Assembly (NCBI RefSeq): GCF_009914755.1
Contig: NC_060932.1
From: the human T2T-CHM13v2.0 reference genome, Homo sapiens
Direction: 5' to 3' (one strand)
DNA length: 64,000 bases
The notes beneath the pieces are model-generated. The model was not told the origin of the DNA. It did not search any database and worked only from the letters and a program-made list of their open reading frames with translations. Within the stretch, counting starts at the first letter, position 1. Each line of letters begins with the position of its first letter. This document shows, one piece after another, positions 13,282 to 25,030 of the stretch. The translations under genes and the position numbers were made by a program.

Positions 13282-16200
13282 GCCAGTGAAGATCTTCTAT
13301 CCACTTCAAGAGAGACCTAAGGGTGGTGGTTTGAGGTAAAACCAGGAGCCACTAAATACCAAGAGCCTGAGAAACTGCTTGGGTGACTTGATTAATAAAG
13401 GCCAGTCTGTTATCGGACTGTATAGAGGTGGGAAGTCCAAACTGAGGAATTATGTCTGACAGAAGAGAAGAAATGACCACAGTGGCCTTCTCAGACTCTG
13501 TGGGAAAGACCTGTACCCATCCAGTGAAAGTGCCTACCCAGACCAAGAGGTATTTTAGTTTCCTGACTCAGGGCATGTGAGTAAAGTTAATTTGCCAGTC
13601 CTGGGCAGGGGCAAATCTCTGAGCTTGATGTGTAGGGAAGGGAAGGGGCCTGAACAATCCCTGAGGAGTAGTAGAACAACATATGGAACACTGAGAAGTG
13701 ATTTTTTGAGGATAGATTTCCATGATGGAAATGAGAGGTTTTAAGAGGTGGGCCAGAGGCTTGTAACCTACATGGAAGAGGTTATGAAATGACAACAGAA
13801 TAGAATGGGCCTGTGAGGCTGGAAGGAGATATTTTCCTTGGTCCAAGAACCATTTGCCTTGTGTGGAAAGAGATTGATAGGGGGAAGTTTCAGTGGGGGA
13901 GTGGGTGGAAGTGACTGATGAGAAGGAGAAAAACTTGCCATGAGGGAAAGAAATTGAAATGCTAGCTGCTTCTTTAGCTACCTTATCAGCATAAGCGTTG
14001 CCCTGAGCGATGGGATCTGATGCCTTTTGATGGCCCTTGCAGTGAATGACTCCAGCTTCCTTTTGGAAGTAAAGCGGCCTTGAGAAGAGTTTTTATTAAA
14101 GAGACATTAATGAGGGAGGACCCTTACGTAGTGAGGAAACCTCTCAGCCCATATAATAGCACGGTGGTGCAGGATATGGAAGGCATATTTAGAATCAGTA
14201 TGAATATTGACACGTAGTCCTTTTGCAAGAGTGAGGGCCTGAGTTGAGGCAATGAGTTTGGCTTGCTGAGAGGTAGTGGGGTGGGGCAGAGCGGTAGATG
14301 TGGAAGATACTATAGCATAGCCTGCCTTTGCTGGTGAGTGGCAATTAGGCCTGGTGGAACTGCCATCAATAAACCAAGTGTGATCAGGGTGAGGAACAGG
14401 GAAGAAGGAAATATGGGGAAATGGAGTGAATGTCAGGTGGATCAGAGACATATAGTCACGGGGGTCAGGTGTGGTATCAGGAATAATGTGGGGGGCCAGA
14501 CTGAAACAGTAAAGTTAAGTTGTTTGGACAGAAAGGCTACAGGCTGCAGTCCTGGTTCTTGTGTAAGAAATGCCACCACACAGCCCTGTACTTCAGCTGT
14601 GTTTAATGAAAAAGGGTTGGGATGAGTTAGGGAGAGCTAGTGTGGGAACAGCTTCTAGGGCTGTTTTTAAGGAACAGAAAGGCAAGTGGGGAAAGGATTT
14701 AGGATCTATGGGGTCAGCTAGGTTTCCTTTTGTGAGTTTATATAATGGTTTTGTTAGCATGGCAAAGCCAGGTATCCAAAGATGAAAGTATATCTGACCA
14801 TGCCCAGGAAGGAAAGGAGTTGTTGCTTTGCAGAAGGGGTTGGGTTTGGGAAATTAGCCAGACATGATCAGCATGGAGAGTACGTGTGTTTTTATGAAGA
14901 ATTATGCTGAGATAGGTAATGGATGTGGAAGAAATTTGGGCTTTGATGGGGGATACGTGATATCCTTTTGAGAACAGATGTTGGAGGAGCAGGAGGGTGT
15001 CCTGTTGGGAAGATTTGTAGGAGGGGTTCTAAAGTAGAAGGTTGTCAAAATATTCAATAAGGTGAGAAGCAGATGGACGGAAAGAAAGTAAATCACAAGG
15101 AAGTGCTTGACTGAAGTAATGGGGGCTGTCCCTGAAGGCTTGTGGCAGTACAGCCCAGGTAAGTTGCTGAGGCTGATGGGTGTCAGGGTCAGTCCAGGTA
15201 AAAGGAAAGAGAGGCTGGGATGAGGGGTGCAGGGGAATAGTGAAGAAAGCATCTTTAAGATCAAGAATGGAATAGTGAGTTGTGGAGGAAGGTATCGAGG
15301 ACAGGAGAGTATATGGGTTTGGCACAGTGGGGTGGATAGGTAAAACAATTTGGTTGGTAAGGCACAAATCCTGAACTAACCTGTAAGACTTGTCCGGTAT
15401 TTGGACGGGGAAAATGGGGGAATTGTAAGGAGAGTTTATAGGCTTTAGAAGCCCATGCTGTAGCAGGCGAGTGATAACAGGCTTCAATCCCCTTAGAGCA
15501 TGGTGAGGGATGAGATACTGGTGTTGAGCAGGGTAAGGGTGATTAGGTTTTAATGGGATAGTAATGGGCATATCATCGGTTGCCAGGGAGGGAGTAGAGG
15601 TGTCCCATACTTGTGGGTTAAGGTGGGGGGATACAAGAGGAAGACGCAAAGGAGGCTTTGGGTTGGGGAGAATGGTGGCAATGAGATGTGGCTGTAGTCC
15701 AGGAATAGTCAGGGAAGCAAATAATTTGGTTAATATGTTTCAGCCTAACAAGGGAACTGGGCAGATGGGGATAACTAAAAAGGAGTACATAAAAGAATGT
15801 TGTCTAAGTTGGCACCAGAGTGAGGGAGTTTTAAGGGGTTTTGGAGCTTGGCCGTCAATACCCACAACAGTTGTGGGGGCAAAGGAAACAGGCCCTTGAA
15901 AGGAAGGTAATGAAAAGTGGGTAGCCCCTGTATCGATTAAACAGGGGATGGACTTACCCTCCCCTGTAAGAGTTACCCGAAGCTTGGCGTCCATGATGGT
16001 CCACGGGGCTTCCGAGGCGATCGGCCAGCATCAGTCTTCAGCTGCTAAGCTGAGGAGATCTGGGAAGGAGTCGGCCAAGGAATGTTGGGTTTCAGCCCCA
16101 GAAGTTTTAGGAGTGGCGGTGATGTGAGTTGGACAGTCCAACCTCCAGTAGGGGCCCACACAGACAGGGCACAGCTTAGGAGGAATCCTGGGCTGTGGCA

Positions 16201-17560
16201 TCCTGAGGCCCAGTGGCCAGGCTTTTGGCATCTGAAGCAAGGTCCACGAGGAAGTTTTGAAGGAGCCCCGGGAGCTGTGGCTTGGATGTTCTGAAGTTCT
16301 TGTATGCTGGAGACGTGGTTGTGGGTTGTCTTACAGGGGTGGCAAGTAGCTGTAACTCAGAGATGCGTTGTCATTTGGCTGCCTCCTCTCTATTATTGAA
16401 CATCTTGAAGGCGAGGTTGATTAATTCCTGTTGTGGGGTTTGAGGGCTGGATTCCAATTTTTGATGCTTTTTTCTAATGTTAGGAGCTGACTGGGTGATA
16501 AAATGCATATGTAGAATGAGACGACCTTCTTACCCTTCAGAGTCTAGGGCTGTAAAGCATCTAAAGGTTGTTGCCAAACAGGCCATGAACTGGCCTGGGT
16601 TTTCATATTTGATGAAAAAGAGTCTAAATGCTAACTGATATGGGAGAGGTCAGATAAAGAAAAAGGAACATTAACCTTGACTTATGCCTTTAGCTCCAGC
16701 AGGTGGGGGAGGGCTAGTTGTAGAAGAAAACTGTAAGCTGGACCAGGGGTGAGGAGGGGAGGTGATAAAAGGATTATAGGGTGGGGAGCAGAGGCTGAGG
16801 AAGAATTGGGACCTGGCTCAGCCTGGTGAGGAGCAGCCTGGGGAGGAGGGGAGAGGTCAGATGGGTCCATAGAAAAGGAGGATTCAAAGGACTCAGAGCT
16901 TGGGGTGGAGACTGAAGGAACAGACAGGAGAGAAAGAAGAAAGATTTGGGATGAGTCACATTGGGAGCACAGACTAGGGAGGAACCAATGTGTAAAAGAA
17001 TGCCCAGACGTCAGGCACTTCAGACCCATTTGCCCATTTTTTTAGACAAAAACTATCCAGGTCTTGCAAAGTGGAGAAATCAAAAGTGCTCTTTTCTGGC
17101 TATTTAGAACCATTATCGAGTTTGTATTGGGGCCAAGCAGTGTTGCAGAAGAAAATAAGATGCTTAGGTTTTAGATCAGGTGAGAGTTGAAGAGGTTTTA
17201 AGTTTATGAGAACACAGGCTAAGGGAGAAGAACAGGGAATGGAGGGTGGAAGGTTGCCCATAGTGAAGGAGGCAAGCCCAGAGAAAAGAAAGGGTGGAGA
17301 CACAGAGAAGGGGGATGGTGAGCAGCCCTGGGCTGCAATGTGGGTGAGCAGCCAAAGCAGGTGTCCCCACAATTGAGTTGCCACCAAGGGAATGTGGGTG
17401 AATGACCAAGACAGGCATCCCCACGATGATCAGACACCAATGGAATGTGGGTGAATAATCAGGCAGGCATCCCCGCATTGATTAAACACCAAGGGAAGAC
17501 TGTCTTCCTGAATCCATGACTGGCACTGGAGTTTTTGATCCACAGATAAAATGTGTCTCC

Positions 17561-17828
17561 TTTGGGAGGCTGAGGTGGGTGGATCACGAGGTCAGGAGAT
17601 CGAGACCATCCTGGCTAATGTGGTGAAACCCCGTCTCTACTAAAAAATACAAAAAATTAGCCGGGCGCGGTGGCGGGCACCTATAGTTCCAGCTACTCAG
17701 GAGGCTGAGGCAGGAGAATGGTGTGAACCCAGGAGGCGGAGCTTGCAATGAGTCAAGATCGCGCCACTGCACTCCAGCCTGGGCGACAGAGGGACACTCT
17801 GTCTCAAAAAAAAAAAAAAAAAAAAAAA
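17561..17828 (+). mobile_element. 5'-truncated AluY inside the HERV-H leader
   Basis: GAGATCGAGACCATCCTGGCTAA, GCGGAGCTTGCA; TSD-like GTGTCTCC(T/C)TTG on both sides. Confidence 0.9.
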
Positions 17829-18079
17829 GTGTCTCCCTTGTCTCTACTAGAGAGGAAAAAGAACTGGAATTGGAAGGACAAGGAGATTGAAGGGTAGTGA
17901 GAGAGGAAGAGTGAAGGGTAGTGAGAGACGCTGGAAAAGAGTGAAAAGACTGCTTACCCGATTTGAAGTTGGTGAGATATTCCTTGGGCTGGTTGGTCTG
18001 AGGACCCGAGGTCGTAGGTGGATCTCCTCATGGAGTGAGGGCGAGGACAGGTGACCAGTCTTCCAAAGGAGTCCTCTTG

Positions 18080-18098
18080 TCCCGGGTCTTCGGCACCA
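18080..18098 (-). promoter_or_regulatory. HERV-H primer-binding site, tRNA-Phe-like
   Basis: TGGTGCCGAAGACCCGGGA equals the tRNA-Phe complement TGGTGCCGAAACCCGGGA plus a 1-nt insertion; poor match to the His PBS TGGTGCCGTGACTCGGAT. Confidence 0.75.
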
Positions 18099-19189
18099 AA
18101 TGTCATGCGTGTCCATATGAAGAGACCACCAAACAGGCTTTGTGTGAGCAATAAAGCTTTTTAATCACCTGGGTGCAGGCGAGCTGAGTCCGAAAACAGT
18201 CAGCAAGGAAGATAGGGGTGGGGCAGTTTTATAGGATTTGGGTAGGTAGTGGAAAATTACAGTCAAAGGGAGTTGTTCTCTTGCAGGCAGGGGCGGGGGT
18301 CAGAAGGTGCTCAGTGGGAGAGCTTCTGAGCCAGGAGAAGGAGTTTCACCAGGTAATGTCATCAGTTAAATCAGGAACGGGCCATTTTTACCTTTGTGAT
18401 TCTTCAGTTGCTTCAGGCCATCTGGATGTATACCTGCAGGCTTGGGCTCAGAGGCCTGACAGAGGGGATGTGCCTGTGAGCTGGCAATCTGGGCATTGCA
18501 GGATAATTTGTTTAGCTCCTCTTTGGGTAAGATGAAATTGTTTAGACAAATTCCTCCAATTTTGGTGGAAAAATTGATGTGACGGGGTGATTTGGTCAAT
18601 TAGTGACGTCATAACCGGCAGGTCTGCTTGATCATTGCCGTAAGCCAGGGGGCCAGGCAGTGAGCTGTGGGCTCGAATATGTGTGATAAAAATAGGATGT
18701 GTATGTTGATCTAGCAATTGCTGAAGTCAAAGAAAAAGTGCACACAGGGTGGGCCCGAGAGTGGACTTAATGAGGGCTGTCTCAAAGTTCTGCGATAAAT
18801 AAACAGAGTGAGCAGAGTCACTAACAATATTGATGGGCTGAGTGGAAAAGGTCTCCAGGGCCAATATTAAGGCTCCAACCTCAGCTCTCTGAGTGCTAGT
18901 AAGTCCAGAACGAGTGAGGGAATTATGCAGTCTCCACCATTTTCCATTTTTCCCAGAGCCGTCAGTAAAAAGCATTAAAGCGTTAGGTATGGGGGAGTGA
19001 ACTACTTTTGTAGGCACATGTTCAGGAGTATGAGATAAGAACTGAATTAGTTTGTCAGCAGGAAGGACATGCTCTGTATGGCCTGCATAATCAGAGTGCT
19101 ATCTGAAGATCTAGAGATAGGGGCAGTACTGCTTCAAGTTGCGTTTTACTCAAAGAAATTCTTGTGACATCAGGGTCATAACCTAGCAA

Positions 19190-20122
19190 CTAATTGCATT
19201 GTCTACAGCCTGTATAGAGGACTTCACTAACCAGCTGGATATAGGGAGATAGTGTTTTAGTTCCTGTATGTGAGCAAAAAACCCATTCTAGAAAGTGCAG
19301 CCCTGGGGCCATCTGTCCTGGTAATCCTGTTGGGGAATGTTTAGTAGGAAAAACAAACAATTGAACTGAATATCGTGGATCTATGTGATCTAGTTGCCTC
19401 TGAGAAATAGTTAGCTCTATTTCCTCAATTTCCCTTTTTGCTGCAGGAGTTAAATACCTGGGAGAGTTTAGGAGTGTATTGCCCTTTAGGATAGAAAACG
19501 GGTTTTGTAACTTATTAGTAGTTATGCCCAAGGTGGGGCAAAGCCAATTAATATCACCCAGTAATTTTTGATAGTCTTTAAACATACGTAAGTTGCTTGT
19601 ATTTAATGCAACCTTTTGAGGTCTTATTGACTGGGAAGTTAATATGTATCCAAGATATTTCCAAGGAGAAGACAATTGTACTTTTTCAGGTGCTATGATG
19701 ATTAAACCTCTTAACTGTGTATTCTTTATGACAGACGCATATAAACTTAAAAGCACTGGCTCCGTTGGGGCTGCTAGTAAAATATCATCGACAAAATGAA
19801 TAATCTTGCAATTAGGAAATTCTTTTCTACTGGGAAACAAAGCCTGATTTACATGATACTGACGCATGGTAGGACTGTTCAGCATTCCTTGAGGAAGTAC
19901 TTTCCAATGAAATAGGCAAGCTGGCCTTTCATTATTGATGGCTGGTATTGTAAATGCAAATTGTTCTCTGTCCTGTTCTACTAGGGGAATAGTATAAAAG
20001 CCGTCTTTTAAGTCAATAATGACTATAGGCCAATCTTGAGGAATCGTTGCGGGGGAAGGGAGGCCCTGTTGAAGGGACTCCATAGGTTGCAAACAAGCAC
20101 TGATAGCCCATAAGTCATACAA
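19190..20122 (-). pseudogene. HML-5 reverse transcriptase remnant (310-codon open stretch)
   Basis: Betaretroviral RT motifs IDLKDGFYTIPL, VLPQGMLNSP, HFVDDILL, PWKYLG; stops on both sides. Confidence 0.9.
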
Positions 20123-21095
20123 AAGTCTCCACTTGCCAGACTTTTTGGGATTGACAAAAATGGGTGACTTCCAAGGGCTGTTTGATGGTTCTGTATGGCC
20201 GGCTTTTAATTGCTCCTGAACTAATTCATGGGCTCGTTGTAATTTCTCTCCCTTTAAAGGCTACTATTCTACCCAAATAGGATTTTGAGAAATCCACCTC
20301 AGGGGTAGGGGAGGAATAGCAGTGGCCATGATTAGAAAGCGGTCTGCAGAGTGACCTCAATTAACCCTTTTGTAAATGGGCTAGTGGCTCCGTTTTCTCT
20401 AATGCTTTTTCTTATCTCTTTATAAGTGTTGGAAATAATGGGGTCATATACCCGATGGCCTTCTCGATCTCGCATTACCGGGCAGGCTAAGAGCTCCCCT
20501 TCTAATGCCGCTTGCCTAAGACAGGGTCCCATAGCTGTAGCATATCCCTTGTCTTTTTTCCAATTTATTGGGGGAGGGGGCTTAGGCAAAACCTCTGTTT
20601 CCTTTGGTATTTTTGCCTGGTAATGGCTGGGCTGAGGGAGAAGGAGGAGGCGGTAAGGTAGGTGACAGTTCCTCCTCCCTTCCCTTTTTAGGCTCTTCTG
20701 TGTAGAGGGGGGCAAAAGCAGCCCTAACTAAGGCCCATAAATTAGAGATGCTACTGGGAGCCGTTGCCCTTGTGCATGATGTTGTTTAAGATTTCTCCCC
20801 ACTTGTTCCCAGAGCTCTACGTCTAGTGTCCCTTCTTCCGGGAACCATGGGTTATGGGAAACAACAGTTTGCATTAGGTCCCTTAATTGAGCCTGCAAAA
20901 CCACTAGCTTTAAATAGCTGTTTCAATACGTTTATATATTGTTTCTGTTGAGGTGATAACTGTTGTCCCACGATGAAACTCCAGCCTGAACAATTCCCTT
21001 GAACTTGGAAATCCCGAATGGGCACCAATGACTTACTGACTGTGCAGTCTCTTCACCTTTGTTTTTGAGGGTTCTGTCACGATCTGTTGCAGTGT

Positions 21096-21113
21096 GCATC
21101 ACATGGGGCACCA
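21096..21113 (-). promoter_or_regulatory. Primer-binding site, elongator tRNA-Met-like
   Basis: TGGTGCCCCATGTGATGC, 2 nt after the LTR; about 15/18 match to the remembered tRNA-Met complement TGGTGCCCCGTGTGAGGA. A Met PBS is reported for HML-5. Confidence 0.7.
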
Positions 21114-21115
21114 CC

Positions 21116-21617
21116 TGCTGAGTCTGTCCCACAGACTCCAGCCAAGTCACAAATGAAAGGAGTACACTGACACAGATATTTTGCCTGACAGCTCAGCTAG
21201 GGTACCGCGTGGCTCAGCACCACCAACGAGAGTACCGCAGTCGCCAAGAGAATGCGGCTCCCATAAGCCGGCCCCACTTGCATTTATTTAGTACCGATTT
21301 AATGACAAGGGCTTGGAGCAGACACAATTGGTGAGTAATAAACATTGTTGACCCCCCGAGTAGAGAGCAGTCCTGTGTGCAAATGATCATAGGTTGGTTT
21401 CTGGAGATAGAGTAACCAAATTTATCTAGATATGTTCCTTTACATTCCCTTGTTATCTACCCTTTGCTCTCAGGCTCCAGATAAGAGAATTTGGCTGCCT
21501 TCAGCCAAAATGTTTTTCGAAGCTTTTCAAAACTTCCCAGCCTTCCAAGAAGGTTTGTGTCTTTCCCTGTAACTTTTGCTTACAACTTTTCCCACCATCC
21601 TGACCGAACTCCCTACA
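21116..21617 (-). repeat. 5' LTR (LTR22 family)
   Basis: Direct repeat of 8700-9201 (~15% different by hand count), followed on the minus strand by the PBS. Confidence 0.9.
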
Positions 21618-22099
21618 AAAGCAGCTCCCAGGTATGACCTCTCCCCAACTTCTCCTTGTCGTCCTAGGCTGGCCACAGGGCCCTTGCCTGGCCCCTGCCC
21701 TGGCCTCCTTGTGGGGCTCACTGCTCAACACCCGTAAGAGCAGAATGACCTCCCTTTCCAGCACTCCAGCTGCGAGGGCCTCTCCCTTGTCCCCTGAGTG
21801 CCCTGAGCACATTCTTGCTCCAGCCCGTGCTGCTCCCCCATGCCTGGGACCCTCTCCCCAAATCTGCCCTGGCCCTCGCCTCACTTCGTCCACAGCTCAC
21901 TCCAGCGCCTCTCCGAGTGCCTTTTCCCGGCTGCTTCCTCTGAAGTGAAGCATTACTCCCTCCTGCGCCACCTCCCCTTCCCTTCCCGACACTCTGCTGC
22001 ACTTTTCTTCAAACCCGACATTCTGTTTTATGTTGATTTGTTCCAGCCATATGTTCTTAGCCTTCAGATGAGCTTCAGGAGAGAGCTCACAGCGGCATT

Positions 22100-22195
22100 G
22101 CTAGCATTTAAAGAGTGCCTGCCACCTAATAGGCACATCCAGTATAGAAGAGCTGTTTGAATAAATGAATGAATGAATGAATGAATATGAATAAA
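22100..22195 (+). mobile_element. L2 3' end remnant with (TGAA)n tail
   Basis: GTGCCTGCCACCTAATAGGCAC...TGTTTGAATAAATGAATGAATGAATG. Confidence 0.55.
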
Positions 22196-22249
22196 ACAGC
22201 CAGACAGACTTCGTAGATTTCCACACAATTGGCCTTTCCTATCTCCATA

Positions 22250-24904
22250 GGTTATTATGAATAATATCAAAGGGTGTACACCCACTGTGATATAAGGAGT
22301 AATATCTCCTTAGGATATTACAAATACTATCACAGGGTGTACACCCACTGTTATATTAGGAGTAACATATTTCTTTGATATTACAAATAATATCACAGGG
22401 GAACACCCACTGTGATATTAGGAGTAATATCTCCCTTAGATACTATGAATTATATCACAGGGTATACAATCCTTGTGATATAATTAAATATTACGAATAG
22501 GCCGGGCGCGGTGGCTCATGCCTGTAATCCCAAAACTTTGGGAGGCCAAGGCCGGCAGATCATGAGGTCAGGAGATCAAGACCATCCTGGCTAACACGGT
22601 GAAACCCTGTCTCTACTAAAAATACAAAAAAAAAAAAAAAAATTAGCCTGGCATGGTGGCGGGCACCTGTATTCCCAGCTACCGGGAGACTGAGGCAGGA
22701 GAATGGCATGAACCCGGGGGGCGGAGCTTGCAGTGAACCAAGATCGCGCCACTGCGCTCCAGCCTGGGCGACAGAGTGAGACTCCATCTCAAAAAAAAAA
22801 AAATTATGAATAATATCACAGGGTGTACACCCACTGTGATATTAGGAGTAATATCTCCTGTAAATATTTCGAATAATATCACAGTGTGTACAGCTCCTGT
22901 GGTATTAGGGGTAATATCCTCCTTAGATATTATGAATAATATAATAGGGTGTATACCCACTGTGATATTAGGGGTAATATCTCCCTTAGATATCATCAGG
23001 AATAATATCACAGGGTGTACACCCACTTTGATATCAGGTTTAATATCTCCCTCAGATATTAGGAATTATATTACAAGGTGTACACACAGTGTGTACACCC
23101 TCTGTGATATTAGGAGCAGTGTCTTTTGGTACATAGTATGAATAATATTACAGGGTATACACACAGGGTGTACACCCACTGTGTTATTAGGAGTAATGTC
23201 TTTCTTTAGATTTTATGAATAATATCACAGAGTGTTCACCCACTGTGATATTAGAAGTAATATCTTCCCATAGATACTACAATTAATATCACAGCCTGTA
23301 AACCCACTCTGATATAGAAGTAACATCTTCTTGTAGATATTAGAAATAGTATCACAGGGTGTACACCCACTATGATATTAGGAGTGATGTCTTCCCTTAG
23401 ATATTACTAATAATATTACTGGGTTTACACCCACTGTGATATTAGTAATAATATCTTCCCTTAAATATTATGAATAATATCACAGGGTATACACCCACTG
23501 TGATATTAGGAGTAGCATCTTTCCTTAGGTATTATGAATAATATCAAGGGTGTACACCCACTATGATATTAAGAGTCATTTTTTTCCTTAGATGTTGCGA
23601 ATAATATCACAGGGTGTACACCCACTGTGATATTAGGAGTAATATCTTCCCTTAGATATTGCAAATAATATCACAGTGTGTATCTAATATCAGAATATCT
23701 TACCAAAGATGTGTTATATCTTTGATATTACTGCTATTATCACAGTGGTTGTACACCCTGAGTGTACACCATGTGGTATTATTCATAATATCTTCGGTAT
23801 TACTGCTAATATCACAGTGGGTGTACACCCTGTGATATTATTTATAATATTTTTGATATTACAGCTAATACCATAGTGTGTGTACACCCTGTGATGATAT
23901 TCGTAAGATCTTCGGTATTGCTACTAATATCACAGTGGGTGTACACCCTGTTGTATTATTCATCATATCTTTGATATTACTTCTAATATTACAGTGGGTG
24001 TACACCCTGTTTTGTTACTCACAATATCTTCACTATTACTGCTAATATCATAGTGGGTGTACACCCCAACCCTGTTTTATTATTCATGATATCTTTGCTA
24101 TTACTGCTAATATCACCTTGGGTGTACATCCTGGGTGTCCACCCTGTGATATCATTCATAATATCTTTGATGTTACTGCTAATATCACAGTGGGTATGCA
24201 TTCTGGATGTACACCCTGTGATATCATTCATAATATCTTTGATATTACTGCTAATATCACAGTGAGTGTACACCCTGTGATATTTGTAAAATCTTGGATA
24301 TTCCTGCTAATTTCACAGTGGTTGTACACTGGGTGTGCACCCTGTCATATTATTCATAATATCGTCTCTATTACTGCTAATATTACAGGGGTATATACCC
24401 TGGGCGTGCACCTTGTGATATTATTCATAATATTTTTTATATTACCGCTAATATCACAGTGGTTGTACACCCTGTGATGTGATTCATATCTTCGATATTA
24501 CTGCTATTATCACATTGGTGATTACCGTTTAATATTATTCATAATATCTTTGGTATTACTGTTTATATGACAGTGCGTGTGCACCCTGTAATACACCCTG
24601 TACACCCACTGTCATAAATTGAAATAAAATAAAATTGAAGATTACTTCTAGTATCACAGTGTGTGTACATCCTATGATATTGTTCATAATATCTTCAAGA
24701 TGACTGCTAATATCACAGTGGGTGTACACCCTGTGAAATTATTCATAATAACTTTGATATTACTTGTGAGATCACAGTGGGTTTCACCCTGTGATGTTAT
24801 TCATAATATCTTTGATATTACTGCTAATGTCAGAGTGAGTGTACACCCGGGATGTACACCCTGTGATATCATTCATAATATATTCGATATTACTGCTAAT
24901 ATCA
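22250..24904. repeat. AT-rich tandem satellite (SATR1/SATR2-like); ~63-64 bp units on the left, inverted ~59 bp units on the right
   Basis: Left unit GAATAATATCACAGGGTGTACACCCACTGTGATATTAGGAGTAATATCTCCCTTAGATATTAT; right unit TACTGCTAATATCACAGTGGGTGTACACCCTGTGATATTATTCATAATATCTTTGATAT (reverse-complement type). Confidence 0.9.
22500..22803 (+). mobile_element. AluY inserted in the satellite, with an expanded middle A tract
   Basis: Full-length GGCCGGGCGCG...; TSD ATTA(C/T)GAATA; middle linker ~17 A. Confidence 0.92.
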
Positions 24905-25030
24905 CTACTCAGGAGGCTGAGGCAGGTAACACTTATGGCTCAAACCCAGGAGGTGAAGGTTGTAGTGAGGTGAGATGGCGCCACTTTACTCCAACTTGGG
25001 CAACGGTATGACTCCGCCTCAGAAAAAAAA
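24905..25030 (+). mobile_element. Alu right-arm fragment abutting the satellite end
   Basis: CTACTCAGGAGGCTGAGGCAGG...ACTCCGCCTCAGAAAAAAAA; no left arm. Confidence 0.75.

Noticed and set aside
15029-15649. HERV-H RT ORF as an active polymerase
   Set aside because: The catalytic YxDD reads YFDN and the frame breaks; the remaining pol is fragmented.
19190-20122. 310-aa HML-5 RT ORF as a functional or domesticated gene
   Set aside because: It lacks the RT N-terminus and a proper start, is bounded by stops and frameshifts, has the upstream protease deleted and the integrase split by HERV-H.
21620-22010. GC-richer stretch with 94-130 aa ORFs next to the 5' LTR as a CpG-island promoter or gene
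   Set aside because: Few CpGs and pyrimidine-rich decayed-repeat (L2-like) character; the ORFs have no homology cues.
22250-24904. CRISPR-like array (palindromic repeats at regular spacing) and repetitive ORFs such as [12 protein letters not shown]
   Set aside because: The 'spacers' are themselves repeated and degenerate, there are no cas genes, and the context is human. It is a satellite and the ORFs are its translations.
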